DNA from: Nemertoderma westbladi
Lineage: Eukaryota > Animalia > Xenacoelomorpha
DNA length: 64,000 nucleotides
NCBI GenBank assembly: GCA_032718475.1
Contig: JAUCBJ010005472.1
Span: 1,888-65,887 of the forward strand
Reading direction: 5' to 3'
The position numbers and the translations under genes were made by a program. The notes beneath the pieces were generated by a model. It did no database searches. It was not told the DNA's origin and saw only the letters and a program-made list of their open reading frames with translations. Below, in pieces: positions 35,045 to 47,475 of this stretch. Each line of letters begins with the position of its first letter. The first letter of the stretch is position 1.

Positions 35045-37250
35045 TTAATAGGGTTCACTATAGGAGTTTCTACTTCGCTAGCAGTATAGATGCGTGTAGG
35101 CTCCACACCTTGCGCATGAGATACTTCAGACCTAACAGGTTGACACATTGTTACAGGGGGTGGTGGTATACCCTTTTGTGTATTTACTAATTTATCGCGT
35201 TCTAGCGCGATACTTTGCTGCACTTCTTGCAACTCTACGCTACTTTCCCTTACTGTGCCCTTGAATTGCTGAACGGTCTCCTGCATCTGTCCGAGCAGGA
35301 GATCCATCCCCCGTCGTCTCTCATCCACCCATTCGACCGCCGAAGCGGGATTCGCCAACGTTGTAGCGGGCGGACGAGGGACAACGGGCGACAGACAAAT
35401 CATGAATATTTCGCTCGGAGTCCAGGACTTGAACTGTCTCATGGGCTATTCTACTGGGCACAGGTAGCTTAGTGCTGTGCAGAGGGAATTTAGAGGTAGG
35501 TTCAGGGAGCACAGGTGTCTCTATCACCGAAGGGGTGGTTTCAAGAACAGACCTAATTATTTCAGGCTCATCTACTATAGTAGGGAGTCTTTCTATTGTA
35601 ATTATTTGGTCTGTGGGTTCTATACTACCTAAGTTGGTGTTATTTAGTTGCCTTCTAACAGCTGGAGGCAAATCAGGCAATTTCTGACGGTGGGATGTTC
35701 TTTTACGTCTGCTTAGACGAGATCTATTTCCTTTGCCTTCAGTATCGGTGGTATCGCCTCCCTCAGATGATGTATATCCCTGTCTTTTGGGAGTAGATCG
35801 ATTCATCATCTGCATATTACTAGCTGTTAACTGTTTATTTATGCAGTCTTGATTCTCCTGAATATTTTCCAGTTCTAATTGGGCGATCTCTTCAGCCGCT
35901 ACCCGTTCTGCTTCTGCCGCTGCCATTGCCGCTTTTCTTTCCATTTCGGCTGCTTTTCTTTTCGCTTCTGCCTCTGCCGCTGCTGCTTTTCTTTCCATTT
36001 CGGCTGCTTTCCTTTCCGCTTCGGCAGTTGCTACTGCTGCTTTCTTTCTGTCTTCTATACGTTTTTTCTTTACTTGTTCTTCTTGGACTTGTGTGATGCG
36101 GAGTTGTTCATCAAATTTAGCCTGGTTCGCAGCCCTCATTTCCACATCGATGGCATCCAACACACGCTGAGTTCCTTCACTATTAGGGCTAAGTCCATCT
36201 AACCTTCTCCTCAACTCTTCATCACCTAAAAAACGTTGATAGTCTGACAGATAGATGTCAATGGCATCCCTCTTATGCGGCTTCTCTGCCGTCGCTTCAC
36301 TTTCCACTTGGGAAAAAGTAGCGTCTGTTGATTCTCCATGGGTTGAGCGCTCCTCCAGCTGAGCTTTCCACTGAGCCGTTCCTTGAACCTGGAGACTCAC
36401 CCGCTGAAACCAAGTCTTTACGGCAACTTGCAACGACGTGTCTTGTCTTCTTTTAGAAGCCTCTTCAAAGGCCGATAAGATTAGCCTGATTCGCAGAATT
36501 CTTTCTCTAACTTGATAAAGCAGTTGTCCCTGCTCTTGAGGTCCTTGTGGTTGTTTTAAACAGTTGTTCTTTTAGTCGCTCCATAGAGCTGAAGAATCCC
36601 TGTGCGTATCCGGCTGCGGACCTCTTCCACACAGCTGGATCGATGGTTTCCTTGGTTACTCCCATCCGGTGTATGTCTTCCCAGGCAGCTTCTGATAAAT
36701 CAAACGGGAGTCCGGGTCCGGGGAAGTTCCATTGCGACTCGACAATAGACTTCAGTTCTTCCCTTGTGTATCCCGCATAACTATCTTTAGTTGATCGCTG
36801 ACTTCTCGCCCAATCGATCTGGTGTTCTTCCACCGCGATCAATATCCTAGTGAGTACGGCTGCAGGCAGGATGAGAAGGGGATCCGAATAAACCGCATCC
36901 GTCATCTTTGCTCCGCGCTCGGGTGTCAGCTCTACAGTATCCTCACTACTGGAGCTGTCGGGCCGCTGAGAAATAAGTTCTTGGCTCGCGGGTTGTTGCT
37001 GTTCCGCTGCTTCTTGGTCCCGCTTGACCTGAGCTCGAGTGCCTATGATAGACCTACGATGTTGGACCAGCCTAGGTTCTGTTATTACTACTGGAGGGAT
37101 GACCTTCTTCACAGTGGGAGGGGACTTGGACTTTGGTCTCAGACGCTCTATACTCTTAGCTGAGTCCCAGATCTTTTTAAGACCCTGTCTAACACTCATT
37201 CTAGCACTTTCTAAGAGGCTATCTGACAATGTTTGTTTTGTGTCAGACAT
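35045..37250 (-). pseudogene. N-terminal part of the BEL/Pao Gag polyprotein (coiled coil, low complexity) with two frameshifts
   Basis: ORFs 36507-37250, 35321-36433 and 35023-35442 overlap consecutively in +1-shifted frames and lead into the 779-aa ORF once the MITE is removed. Confidence 0.8.
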
Positions 37251-37379
37251 GTTTGATTGTACAGTTGAATGCCTACTGCTATATTACAATCTAAGCAAGT
37301 CTAGTAATTCAGCATTAACTGCTAGCCTAGTAATTAATTACCGATACTGCTACTCAGTGTAGCGATATATATATTTAAT

Positions 37380-37635
37380 ATTAGAATACCGGTATGCTTA
37401 TAGTATATATAAGTATTATTAGTAACTAGAATTAATTACAGAATACCGGTATGATTTCAGCCTAAATTTATATATATATAATAGGCCTATCGTGAATACC
37501 GGTATACAGCTTACACTTATAATGTATATATATAAGTATAATTACAGACTAGAATTAATTACAGAATACCAGTATGATTTCAGCCTAAAATTTATAGAAA
37601 TAAATATAATAAGCCTATTGTAAATACCAGTATGT
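37380..37635. repeat. ~123-bp tandem duplication in the LTR element 5' UTR
   Basis: CTAGAATTAATTACAGAATACCRGTATGATTTCAGCCTAAA at ~37426 and ~37549. Confidence 0.8.
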
Positions 37636-39151
37636 CGATTATTTTAGAATAATTGAATTTCTAAATTTTAAGGGTTACTTGGTTACTTTAACTTACTTTA
37701 TTACCGTTATTTAAGCAGTAGTCCAACTGATATTGAGACCTAATTGTTGTATGGCAGGACTACTATTTATAAATCGTTTGAGTTGATTTATAATATATAT
37801 ATACCCGTTTAATGGGTTTTGTCAATGTTTGAAATAAATGTTATTATTTCTGGGGGAGTCACTACACATAAGCTGTGCGCTCTCAGTGGAGTGCTACTTG
37901 TTAGACACTAAAACAAATAATTCTAATTTACCTAAGTTACTTAATACTACAAATTACGTACAATTCGGGTTGAGATTACAATCTCTAAATAAACACAAAA
38001 ATTTAATTACAAATACACAAATACAAATTTTTAGGGTAATTTTACAAGAAGTCTACTAACCAGCCTAACAAAGGGTTAGAATATCTGGTTATTACAACGG
38101 ACAGGTTACTACGGTATTTGAAAATAATAAGTAGTAGTAAATATACTGCGTTGTCCAGATAGGAAAATACCACCGCCTGACGACCTATAACCGTATCGCT
38201 ATAGGTACTACGTTATGTATCACGGAGTGTTCCTACCTAGAGATTAATTACCGCGGTCTACCAGAACCAACGTGCCTATTAACCACTTTACAACACAAAT
38301 ATACTGTCTACACACTAATCACCTTCGGAAAGTACTGTACACTAAACCCTAAATTAGGTACAAGTACTTGTACAACAAATAATTAGTAGTTAAAAATACT
38401 TGAACAGCTAAAAGAACCGCGGTATCTGCCGGAGTGACCAAAGCACAAAATCTCCAGTCTTTACCTACGCCGAGCAGCCCTGATGTAGTACCGGGGTTAG
38501 TTTAACTATAACGGTATGTATAACAAACACAATTAATGTAGGAATAAACTTGGGGAATGAATGTTGCGAATAATCGCATAAACTCTGAATAATAAATATT
38601 ACGCTACGCGTACAAACTACTCAAACAAAATGCAGACCAAATACTAACAGACTACTATCAAGCCTAAACAAACTACAGTATATGCAGATTCCAACATGGT
38701 TAGTTAGTATGAGTTCTAACACGGTAGTACGACTTATTCTTTAGGTGGGGATTGACCTTACAGCTCTGGCTGCCCCTACTTCCTAACCGTACTTTATCGG
38801 ACAGACTCTACACACACTGCAATCCGTTCAGACCCAACAACAGCCAGACAACAGTCCAGCCTACAATTGTCCGTATAGACTGAGCAAGCTTACACGCCTT
38901 CTGCTCAATACTGGCCTACAAATAAATAAAACTGACAGAAATAAGTAAAATCTCAATAAAAAACCAGGGCTGCAGTCCCTGATTAATTATTAAGGCCTAC
39001 CGGTATATAATTATCAAAATCGAATAATACTGCTGTACCTGTACTGTAAGTACCGGTTCGGGTGATCAGGCAGTCAGGCCTACAGGTTTCCGGTCGACCG
39101 GTACTTTCGACTTGATTGCTTACGCCGCAATCCAGAAGCAATATCTGTTAT

Positions 39152-40340
39152 TGTTTGCGCTTTTAAGAACTTTGACAGTTTAACCTGCCAAATTAGGATG
39201 TCTTTTAGATGATATATAGTCTTTAGCCTATGACGAGTATTTGATACACTACATTAGCCGAAGCCAGTCTATGCGCAATCATTCACCCGCTGGATATACC
39301 CGGGAGACTGAATTCGGAAGCTTAATGATTGATGGTGTAAGCCTACTGTATTATTCGACTGATCGTAATATATAATCTCTGACAAATATTATTCACTTTC
39401 GGGAAATATTAACAGTTCCTTTAGGACGTGGCGCTCTAAATATGTAAACAGAGTTATGACTTAAACTAGACACAACAAAAAGGCTATAGAGTTACGTATA
39501 TGGCGCATTCTTTAGGAGATGCTTTGTTATCAGTTACAATCATACACAATGCTGCACAATGCTGCACACCAATCTGCCGACCTTCACTAATTTTAGTCAC
39601 ATACAAAGAGAATAACAGACAATACATGTAGGGCCTATAAAATAGCATTAGATTCACTTCACACCACTTAACATAGGTCGCAATCGTTTATCTGTAACCG
39701 GTCTCTCTAACCTTTAGTATATCAAGAAGGTTGGGTGTCTGACTATTGATCAGTATTCCAAATATAATCTTCCATCAACAAATATAATGAATAACCGACA
39801 GCAAAAGCAGTAATGTTAAGTAAGATATGCATGATATGTTTAGTAAGCATTGATAAGGTAACTCGTTAACTCGATTTGCATTGGTATGGTTAGATAACAG
39901 ATATACGTTCTATAATTAAGCCTACTAATGTAAAGCTAAAGAATGCTGATATACGGAGGTGCCAAAAGCCGATGTTCTTAGGCTCTGGGCAAAAACATAA
40001 CACTGAATTCCTGAGTTTCTGTATCCACCTCCAACACAGAGACAAAAAACGCTCTGATTGGTCGACCGAACAACGAGAGAACAAAGAAACAAAGAAATGT
40101 CGACGTGGCAATATCAGCTGTTAGCCGTCGTCATGGTAGCGACACTGTTTTCAAGAGTATCGAGCTTATTGCGTCCCGAAATTGCGGATTATGTCCTCTA
40201 AAGTACAAATACAGAAGAAATGGCTTTTATGTCCTCTAAAACACCAGTACAGTAAGGACACGGCCTTTTTATGCCCAGTAAACCAACTACAGAGTACTTT
40301 ACGGGGAAAATAACCGGCTAATTACGCAAAAGCTTTTACA
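39152..40340 (-). repeat. 5' LTR (1189 bp)
   Basis: TGTTTGCGC...GCTTTTACA followed by ATCAT. Confidence 0.93.
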
Positions 40341-40572
40341 ATCATTATGAACCATTAATTATCATACTATTACATACAGTATCATTATGAACCATTAATT
40401 ATCATACTATTACATACAGTATCATTATGAACCATTAATTATCATACTATTACATACAGTATCATTATGAACTATTAATTATCCTACTATTACATAGTAT
40501 CATTATGAACCATTATTCATACTATTACATACAGTAACATTATGAACCAATAATTATCATACTATTACATAG

Positions 40573-42339
40573 TTAGTTTATTATTGACCAATAAATCGGT
40601 CCAAGTGGGACGGAATACATATATATATCTGAATACACTCAAGCACTTATTATAATAACCAGTAAAATACGCGGCCGCGGTACTCTCAAATCCTAAATTA
40701 AAAGTTACTTAAGTATACATAAACCAGCATAGCAATGGCCATATTCAAATAATTTAATAAATCATGCTGATATTACCCAAACGTTACGTACAAATAACTT
40801 ACTAATAAATATTAAATAAATATAAATACATAATAGAGTTAAACCAATTTAATTAATAATTCTAAATCTCTAAAATCTCTAAAAGTTCGTCTATATATTG
40901 CATCGTGGTACACAGGGGGTCACTGGATAGAACAGAGCATGCGGATGAATAATCTAATTGGTATTTATTCCTTAAGCCTACTGCCTCTACAAATGAACAT
41001 GTACAAATAACATGTGATTCGGATTGGGGCGAGCCACACCCTGCAAAAACGTCGATCATATGGGACTCGGTTCCATCTCCCTATCTCTACGCTGAGATTG
41101 GTCGATAGAAGCCGGAACCTGGTCCACGCCTTGCGGTGCGACTCCCGGATATCCTGTTGCGGGCGAATATAAATAGTAGGAGTATCTAATGACGGATTAA
41201 ACGATCTGTACGTCATAGGCCTCGTTGAATCGCTGATTAGAACTCTGTTGCGTATCTCGGACAGTTTCGTTTGGGCAGGGTCATCCTGACTGTTTAAAAG
41301 CCCATCAATGACCCTACCCATAGGGGTCCCAGCCTCGCGGCAGAGCTCAATCGCGAATATAGCGGGTCTATGCAGGTCTCTTCTTGCCATAAGTTTAAGC
41401 AATAGGTTTCGCTGGCTAGAACGAAACATTGCCGTTGGCTCGGGTTGCCCCGATTCTATGTACAATATGTCTCTGCAAATGTTATTACGTACACCTCACG
41501 CAGCGCACAATAGGTTATTGTAATGTAATGTAATTGTCGAAGCTGAATTACCAATCCAAGTCTCGCAACCGTAGCAGATTGCGGCCACAGCTGCGGCTTG
41601 GAATACTTTCAATTTTACGAAAATTGGTGCTTCTGAATGCTTTGATAGAAAAGCAAAATACTTATTAACATGCTTATTTTATTGTCAATGTTATTATGAC
41701 ATTTTATCCTTTGTGTGTACAGCAATTACGGAGTTCATTGAACCGTCCTGCGTTATCAGTGACCCTAGATAAATATATGAATCACAATTCTCGATTGTAA
41801 GACACCCATACATATTATTGGTTACAAGTATATCATGTTTCTCGCCCGGAGTTATTTTACCAATTATCATAAATTTGGTTTTTTTACGGTTTATGATCAT
41901 TCCAGACCGGGCACAAAAATTTAATAATACACCAAGTTTCTCAACACAACGGACGCGGTTGGTTGCTAAAATTACTGAGTCGTCCATGAGGATTAGAGAG
42001 TGCAGCCAATTTAAAAAACCATCGGGTAAAGAACACCGTAGCATACGAATTAACGGGTTTATAAAAAAAAGTGAACAAAAAGCAGCTACTTGGTGAACCT
42101 TGCAGAACACTTACTTATGTTAGTTAGTATCTTAACAGATCCTAGAATACTCTTAGTACCAGTATATAAACATATCAGTGCTGTAAGCATTCTCGCTCCA
42201 CATCCCATTGATTTCAATAAATTGAAAAGGGATGATCGGGGGACTTTGTCATAAGCGGTTGAAAAATCTATAAAAACAATATACAACTTTAATTTCTTAA
42301 AAATTATGTTATCTATAAGTAACCGTATAGTTAAAATGT
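40573..42339 (-). mobile_element. 5'-truncated, decayed LINE (RTE-X-like): RT, C-terminal CCHC finger and 3' UTR, within the 40-bp satellite
   Basis: VFIDFSTAYDKVPR, LMDDSVILA, INRKKTKFM, YIYLG, CYGCETW, TRFRLLSTNLSVEIGRW, CG...ESHVICTC; minus-strand 3' end AATAAACTAACTA; satellite on both flanks. Confidence 0.85.
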
Positions 42340-43392
42340 ATACAGTATCATTATGAACCATTAATCATACTATTACATACAGTATCATTTAATCAAGATT
42401 CAGTCACACGAATAATATCATATTCCGCACTGTCTATTAAATACTCAAATCCAAAAGCTTGTTTTTCAGGGACCGACTGTTCAGTAAATCCCGACTGTTC
42501 AGTAAAACGCAGTTTAACAAGGGCTCATTGGTGGCTTCCCCTACTAGTCGTTTCCCTGTTGCTGCCAGGTGGTACCCCTCATCCAGTGCCCATCATGTCG
42601 CTTTATGATTTCCATATAAAACCATCATTAAGGCGAGAGAAGTTCTCGATTCCTCCAATATTTAACTCCTGATTCCACTCATAGACAGTTCGCCGCCTCT
42701 CTGGCGCGAACTGTAGCACCCATGATAGAGGGGCTAAGGGTCTTGTTCTTTCCCCCTGAACAAAAAGCTCCCGAAAGAGCAGAGATTCCCGTTCAGAGGA
42801 ATACATAACTTGCAGTAGCCGAACTTGATCACTGACTTTACCCTAACGACTAATCCCAATATCAGTGTCAACACAGTGTTGACAGACCCCTCTCCCCAAA
42901 TTTGTCTACAAATCTTTATCATTTTGCTTGAAATCAATATATCGTTATCGTTGTCAGTCGTGTCCCCATCAAGACGGAATTTTCGACTTTATCTATAATT
43001 TTTTATAAGCGTTTTAAAATAGTGTCTTTAGCGAAATCGCATCCTCCATATTGTAACCATTATTCATATTGGTCGTAATTTTTTAATATCATTAGAAAAC
43101 TTGCTTTGCAAGGTTGCAAAATATGTAACGATATGATATCTGAACTTCGTATGAGAAACACTTCGACTTGAGATTTAGGGGTTCAAATATTGCAAGAGCT
43201 ATCGCTCGCTGAAGGTCATTTATTCTATTAATTTATACATAATGTTCTGGAACGCTTTTTTTATGTATGAACAGCTATGCCATAGAGATTTTGTATAGGC
43301 ATAGCGCAGTAGCAAACTTACTCATAAGGCCGGCTGTAGTTATTGGAAAGGAATTAATAATAAAAAAATAAAAAAATCTGTGCGTAATATAT

Positions 43393-43537
43393 GGGATGTA
43401 TATCCCTTAGTATCCCTTTTGTATAGGCCTACACACACATACCGGGATGTATATCCCTTAGTATCCCTTTTGTATAGGCCTACACACACATACCGGGATG
43501 TATATCCCTTAGTATCCCTTTTGTATAGGCCTACATA
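43393..43537. repeat. 51-bp tandem repeat (~2.8 copies)
   Basis: GGGATGTATATCCCTTAGTATCCC at 43393, 43444 and 43495. Confidence 0.92.
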
Positions 43538-43799
43538 CCCATAATAATATAATTTTATAAAAAAAAATTTTCAATGCAGCAATGTAATATAAATACCGTG
43601 AACAAACGTTTTTCATAGTCACAATTACTGGAATACCCCGTTATCTAATAACTACATTCATATAATAATGGTAACATCTAAACTAAAGTACCGCCGGTTT
43701 TAATGGAAAATAAAATGGTACAGTCTACCACCAGAAATCAATAAATTTATACAAAGTTTTAGTATTTCTCATTGTTTCATTGTTTCATTATTTTCATTA

Positions 43800-43939
43800 C
43801 TATTCTGCCCATGGTGGTGGGCCTTCGCCATTCATCCATGGGGGCAATCCCTTTTCTGCCCATGGTGGTGGTGCAAATATCATTTCGTGGGCAATTTGAA
43901 GCAATTCATGTATGTCATTTGCAGTGGCGCAACGATCTT
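43800..43939 (-). CDS. Terminal coding exon of a Pro/Thr-rich (mucin-like) gene: EDRCATANDIHELLQIAHEMIFAPPPWAEKGLPPWMNGEGPPPWAE*
   Basis: Acceptor TTTTTCTTTAG, phase 1 matching the donor at 48233; GC-rich island in an AT-rich background; TAG stop. Confidence 0.7.
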
Positions 43940-44311
43940 CTAAAGAAAAACACAAACATGATTTTATGTATCGAAAAAATATAAAATTATTTAAATATAT
44001 TAAAATATTATGAAAATTTATGAAAATATATATTGTTTGAGATTGAATGCAATAATATTTCAGGACATATAAATATGGTAAGTAAATAAACAAGATAAGT
44101 TAAATATCAACTGTAAAAACGAATTAAATAGTTGGGCACAAAGTAGGCAGGTGCTTGAGCAAAAATTTCTGCTTCCATATTTTCTTCCATAATATATAAC
44201 ATTTATGACTGATCATTGGTAAGAACTATTAGATTCGTTAAGAAATGAGGATACATGGAGGAGGTTTTGTGGTTGAGGTTTAATTAATGCCTCTATGTAG
44301 TGGAGATTTAA

Positions 44312-45864
44312 CCCTATTAGTACCGGGCTATAAAATGTTGTACAAATACCGGGAGGGGGTCATATTGACCCCCCCCTCTAAAATCTACAAATATTTACGA
44401 AAACGTCTGATTTTTTGTTTGTACGTAGGTATCACTTGTCTGGATCCGACCGAAAAAAAAAATTTTCGAAAAAATGTACTGGGGTGGTTATATTGCAGCA
44501 CCAAAATTACAAGTAGTGCACAATTTTCACCAAATTTGAAAGTTACATTTTCGGCTAATTATTTTTCAATACAGGTTTTCTGGGGTGTAAAATACATTGG
44601 AAAATATTAAAAAATGATATGATTACTATAAATGGCTGTTTAGTCCTCTCTGCGTAGGAAAAAAATGAAAAAAACAAGTAACCAGCACTTTTCAGTTAGA
44701 ACACAAAATTTTTAATTCACTTATACGATGCTATAAATTCACATTTTCAGGTTTTTGAGGGCGCTGATTCTAATGGAATACATTTCTAATATGCTAGATC
44801 ATTGCTACTTGTATTTTTCGGCGTAATTTTGCAAATTTTGGTGCTAGCACCAAATTTCGTACCCATCACCAAAAAGTACAAGTTTGCGATGTCCAGTGCA
44901 GTTTTTATTGATTCCATCGGATTCAGGACCCTCATAAACCCGTATAACGCAAGAAACAAGGTGATACTATCTACTTATCAATTTGCATATTTTCCAAAAT
45001 TTGGTGCTGGTACAACAATTTTCACCCACCGGCGAAAAATACAAGTTTGACAACTCTTATGAAATTTTTACTGATTCCATTGAATTCAGAACCATCACAA
45101 ACCCGTATAACGCAAGAAACAAGGTGACACAATCAATTGATATATTTGATGGTTTTCAAAATTTGGTGCTAGCACCACATTTTGCACCCACATCCGAAAA
45201 ATACAAGTTTGAGATGTCTAGTTCGATAATTATATTTTCCATTGAATTCAGAACAGCCATAAACCTCTAAAACGCAAGAAATAAATTCTCACAAGCAATT
45301 TTATCTATTGAATGGATTTTCAAAATTTCGTGCTAGCACCAAAATTTGCACACAGCACCGAAAAATACAAGTTTGATACGCTTCGTGCAACTCGTATATA
45401 TTTCTTCGAATCCAGAAACCCAAAAAACCCCAATTGCGTAAAAAACAAGTTTCAAACGATCAATTTACAAAATTGACTTATTTCAAAATTTGGTGCTGGC
45501 ACCAAAATTTGGCACCCACCGAAAAAAACAAGTTTAAAATTTCTAAATCAATTTATATGAATTCCATCAAATTTCTAACACCAAAAAACACGTGTAAATA
45601 AAAAATAGAGATGTTACAATTCATATTTAATGAAATGTAATTTTCAAAAAACGTCTCAAAAAAAATGCCAAAAGTAGGGTTAAAAAATGGCGCTATAACT
45701 CGAAAAGTACCCAATATTTTTGAAAACGGTTTTCACTACTAGGAAGACAATAGATTTTTAGGAAAAGTCATAAAATTTCAGATTCCCAACTGCGTTTGTT
45801 TCAGAATTATAATAAAAAAACCACGGGAGGGGTCATATTGACCCCCCCCCCGGGTTTAATAGGG
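44312..45864 (+). mobile_element. piggyBac-type MITE copy 4 (1553 bp, intronic)
   Basis: TTAA|CCCTATTAG...TAATAGGG|TTAA; reverse complement of copies 2 and 3. Confidence 0.96.
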
Positions 45865-46229
45865 TTAAGTGCTTGTTTGTAGTGGATCTAGTTTAGTGAT
45901 AGAGGATAAATGCTGACGTTTTGGTTCGGATGTTGAACGAATTATTTAGTAGGGAGAGGGTAGAGGAATCACATAGTAATAAAGGAAGAGATTAAAAGTA
46001 GATATTGTTGAGTGTATCTATGCTTATTAACCGGAAGTTAGTTATTGTTAAGTGTATCTATGCTTATTAACCGGAAGTTAGTTATTTTCGCAGTTATCTA
46101 ACCCGCGGGCAGGAAACATCATCAAGCCCAAGGGTTAAATAATTGGGAAAATAAATAACTTCCGGGGAATATCATTCAATTTGCCGGATGAGGTTGAGGA
46201 TGAGGATGAGGTTGAGGATGAGGATGACT

Positions 46230-46612
46230 TAGTGTAGTAGTTGAGGTATACTTAGAACTAGTGTAGTAGTTGAGGTATACTTAGAACTAGTGTAGTAGTT
46301 GAGGTATTCTTAGAACTAGTGTGGTAGTTGAGGTATATACTTAGAACTAGTGTGGTAGTTGAGGTATATACTTAGAACTAGTGTGGTAGTTGAGGTATAT
46401 ACTTAGAACTAGTGTAGTAGTTGAGGTATATACTTAGAACTAGTGTGGTAGTTGAGGTATATACTTAGAACTAGTGTGGTAGTTGAGGTATATACTTAGA
46501 ACTAGTGTGGTAGTTGAGGTATATACTTAGAACTAGTGTAGTAGTTGAGGTATATACTTAGAACTAGTGTAGTAGTTGAGGTATACTTAGAACTACTGTA
46601 GTGTAGTAGTTG
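46230..46612. repeat. 29/31-bp tandem repeat (TAGTGTRGTAGTTGAGGTATA(TA)CTTAGAAC), ~12 copies, preceded by (GAGGAT/GAGGTT)n
   Basis: Direct periodicity. Confidence 0.93.
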
Positions 46613-46797
46613 ATGTGAAATATGCAGTTTGAATTTAAATTATTACTTGTACCGGAGTGTTAATAATTTGGAAGTGAACGTTCTTGGGTGAAATTGGTTA
46701 AATCACTTTGTGGTGGAGGTGGAGGCTAACTTCTATCACAAAATTCGTTTAACATATAGCACACATTAACTTCTACACGGATTCAGACTAGTGAAAT

Positions 46798-46935
46798 GTA
46801 CGTACAAACAAAAATTAGACGTTTTCGTTGAAATTTGTAGATTTTAGAAAGGGGGTGGGGGGGGGGGGGGGGGGAGGCAAATATGACCCACCCCCCGGTA
46901 TTTGTACAACATTTTATAGCCCGGTACTAATAGGG
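46798..46935 (-). mobile_element. piggyBac-type MITE copy 5 (terminal fragment)
   Basis: Matches the last ~140 bp of copies 2 and 3, ending TAATAGGG|TTAA. Confidence 0.88.
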
Positions 46936-47367
46936 TTAAAAAAAAATAAAAAAGTAACGCTTTTTTCGGCAGTTAGGCCAGGGATTACGCATAAAGTCTG
47001 ACGACTTATTTCCAGTGCGCCCCCCCCCCCCCCCCCCAGAACTTTACTCCCCAGAGGAAACATATTATTCATATATTCAGCCCAATTGTGAATATCATGC
47101 AACGGATTTAACCACTACACGAAGGTGGGACCTTACCACATTAATGTCTAAATTGGCCGGTGCAAGTATGGCAATGTATTTTGGATTCAAATAATTTCCA
47201 AAAGTTAATGAAATAGTATAACTTAACATATTTTTCATTAACATTATATTAATTACATTATAAATACTTCCTACTAAATCTTTTTCTTCAGGCTTTTAAT
47301 CTTTTAGCCGAGCTATACTCGACAAGAGATCTCCTACACCATAAGCAGCGAAGGGCGCTGAAGTTCC

Positions 47368-47475
47368 CCAGTCAGCCGTTAAGGGGCGAGATATTTAAAT
47401 GAAAATATTGAAAATATTGTTTCAAATATATCGGGAGACGCGGGTTCGATCCCCGCTGGTGGCGAATTCATTTTT
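47368..47475 (+). other. tRNA-like remnant (T-arm/B box), possible SINE head
   Basis: GCGGG-TTCGATC-CCCGC T-arm followed by TGGTGGCG and a T6 run; no matching 5' acceptor strand. Confidence 0.4.

Larger units (their letters stand above)
25831..40340 (-). mobile_element. BEL/Pao LTR retrotransposon, internally deleted (non-autonomous), with nested MITEs
   Basis: Two TG...CA direct repeats of 1189 bp (25831-27836 after removing an 817-bp insert; 39152-40340); ATCAT 5-bp TSD; Gag and protease ORF between them. Confidence 0.88.

Noticed and set aside
36540-36570. Programmed frameshift at TTTAAAA in gag
   Set aside because: The shift needed is +1, not -1, and BEL/Pao elements usually have a single ORF; more likely a mutation or sequencing indel.
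27386-40111. Identical 73-aa ORFs at 27386 and 39890
   Set aside because: They lie in the duplicated LTRs; no independent coding evidence.
42420-43290. Possible TE-derived or coding sequence
   Set aside because: No recognisable motif, termini or TSD that I can support.
12325-45270. Recurrent short ORFs (MLLVFFGVIWQ..., MHIFQNLVLAQ..., MLYKYRG...)
   Set aside because: Chance ORFs within MITE copies; no transposase motifs.
46640-46735. Possible extra exon of the minus-strand gene
   Set aside because: In-frame stop in the required phase.
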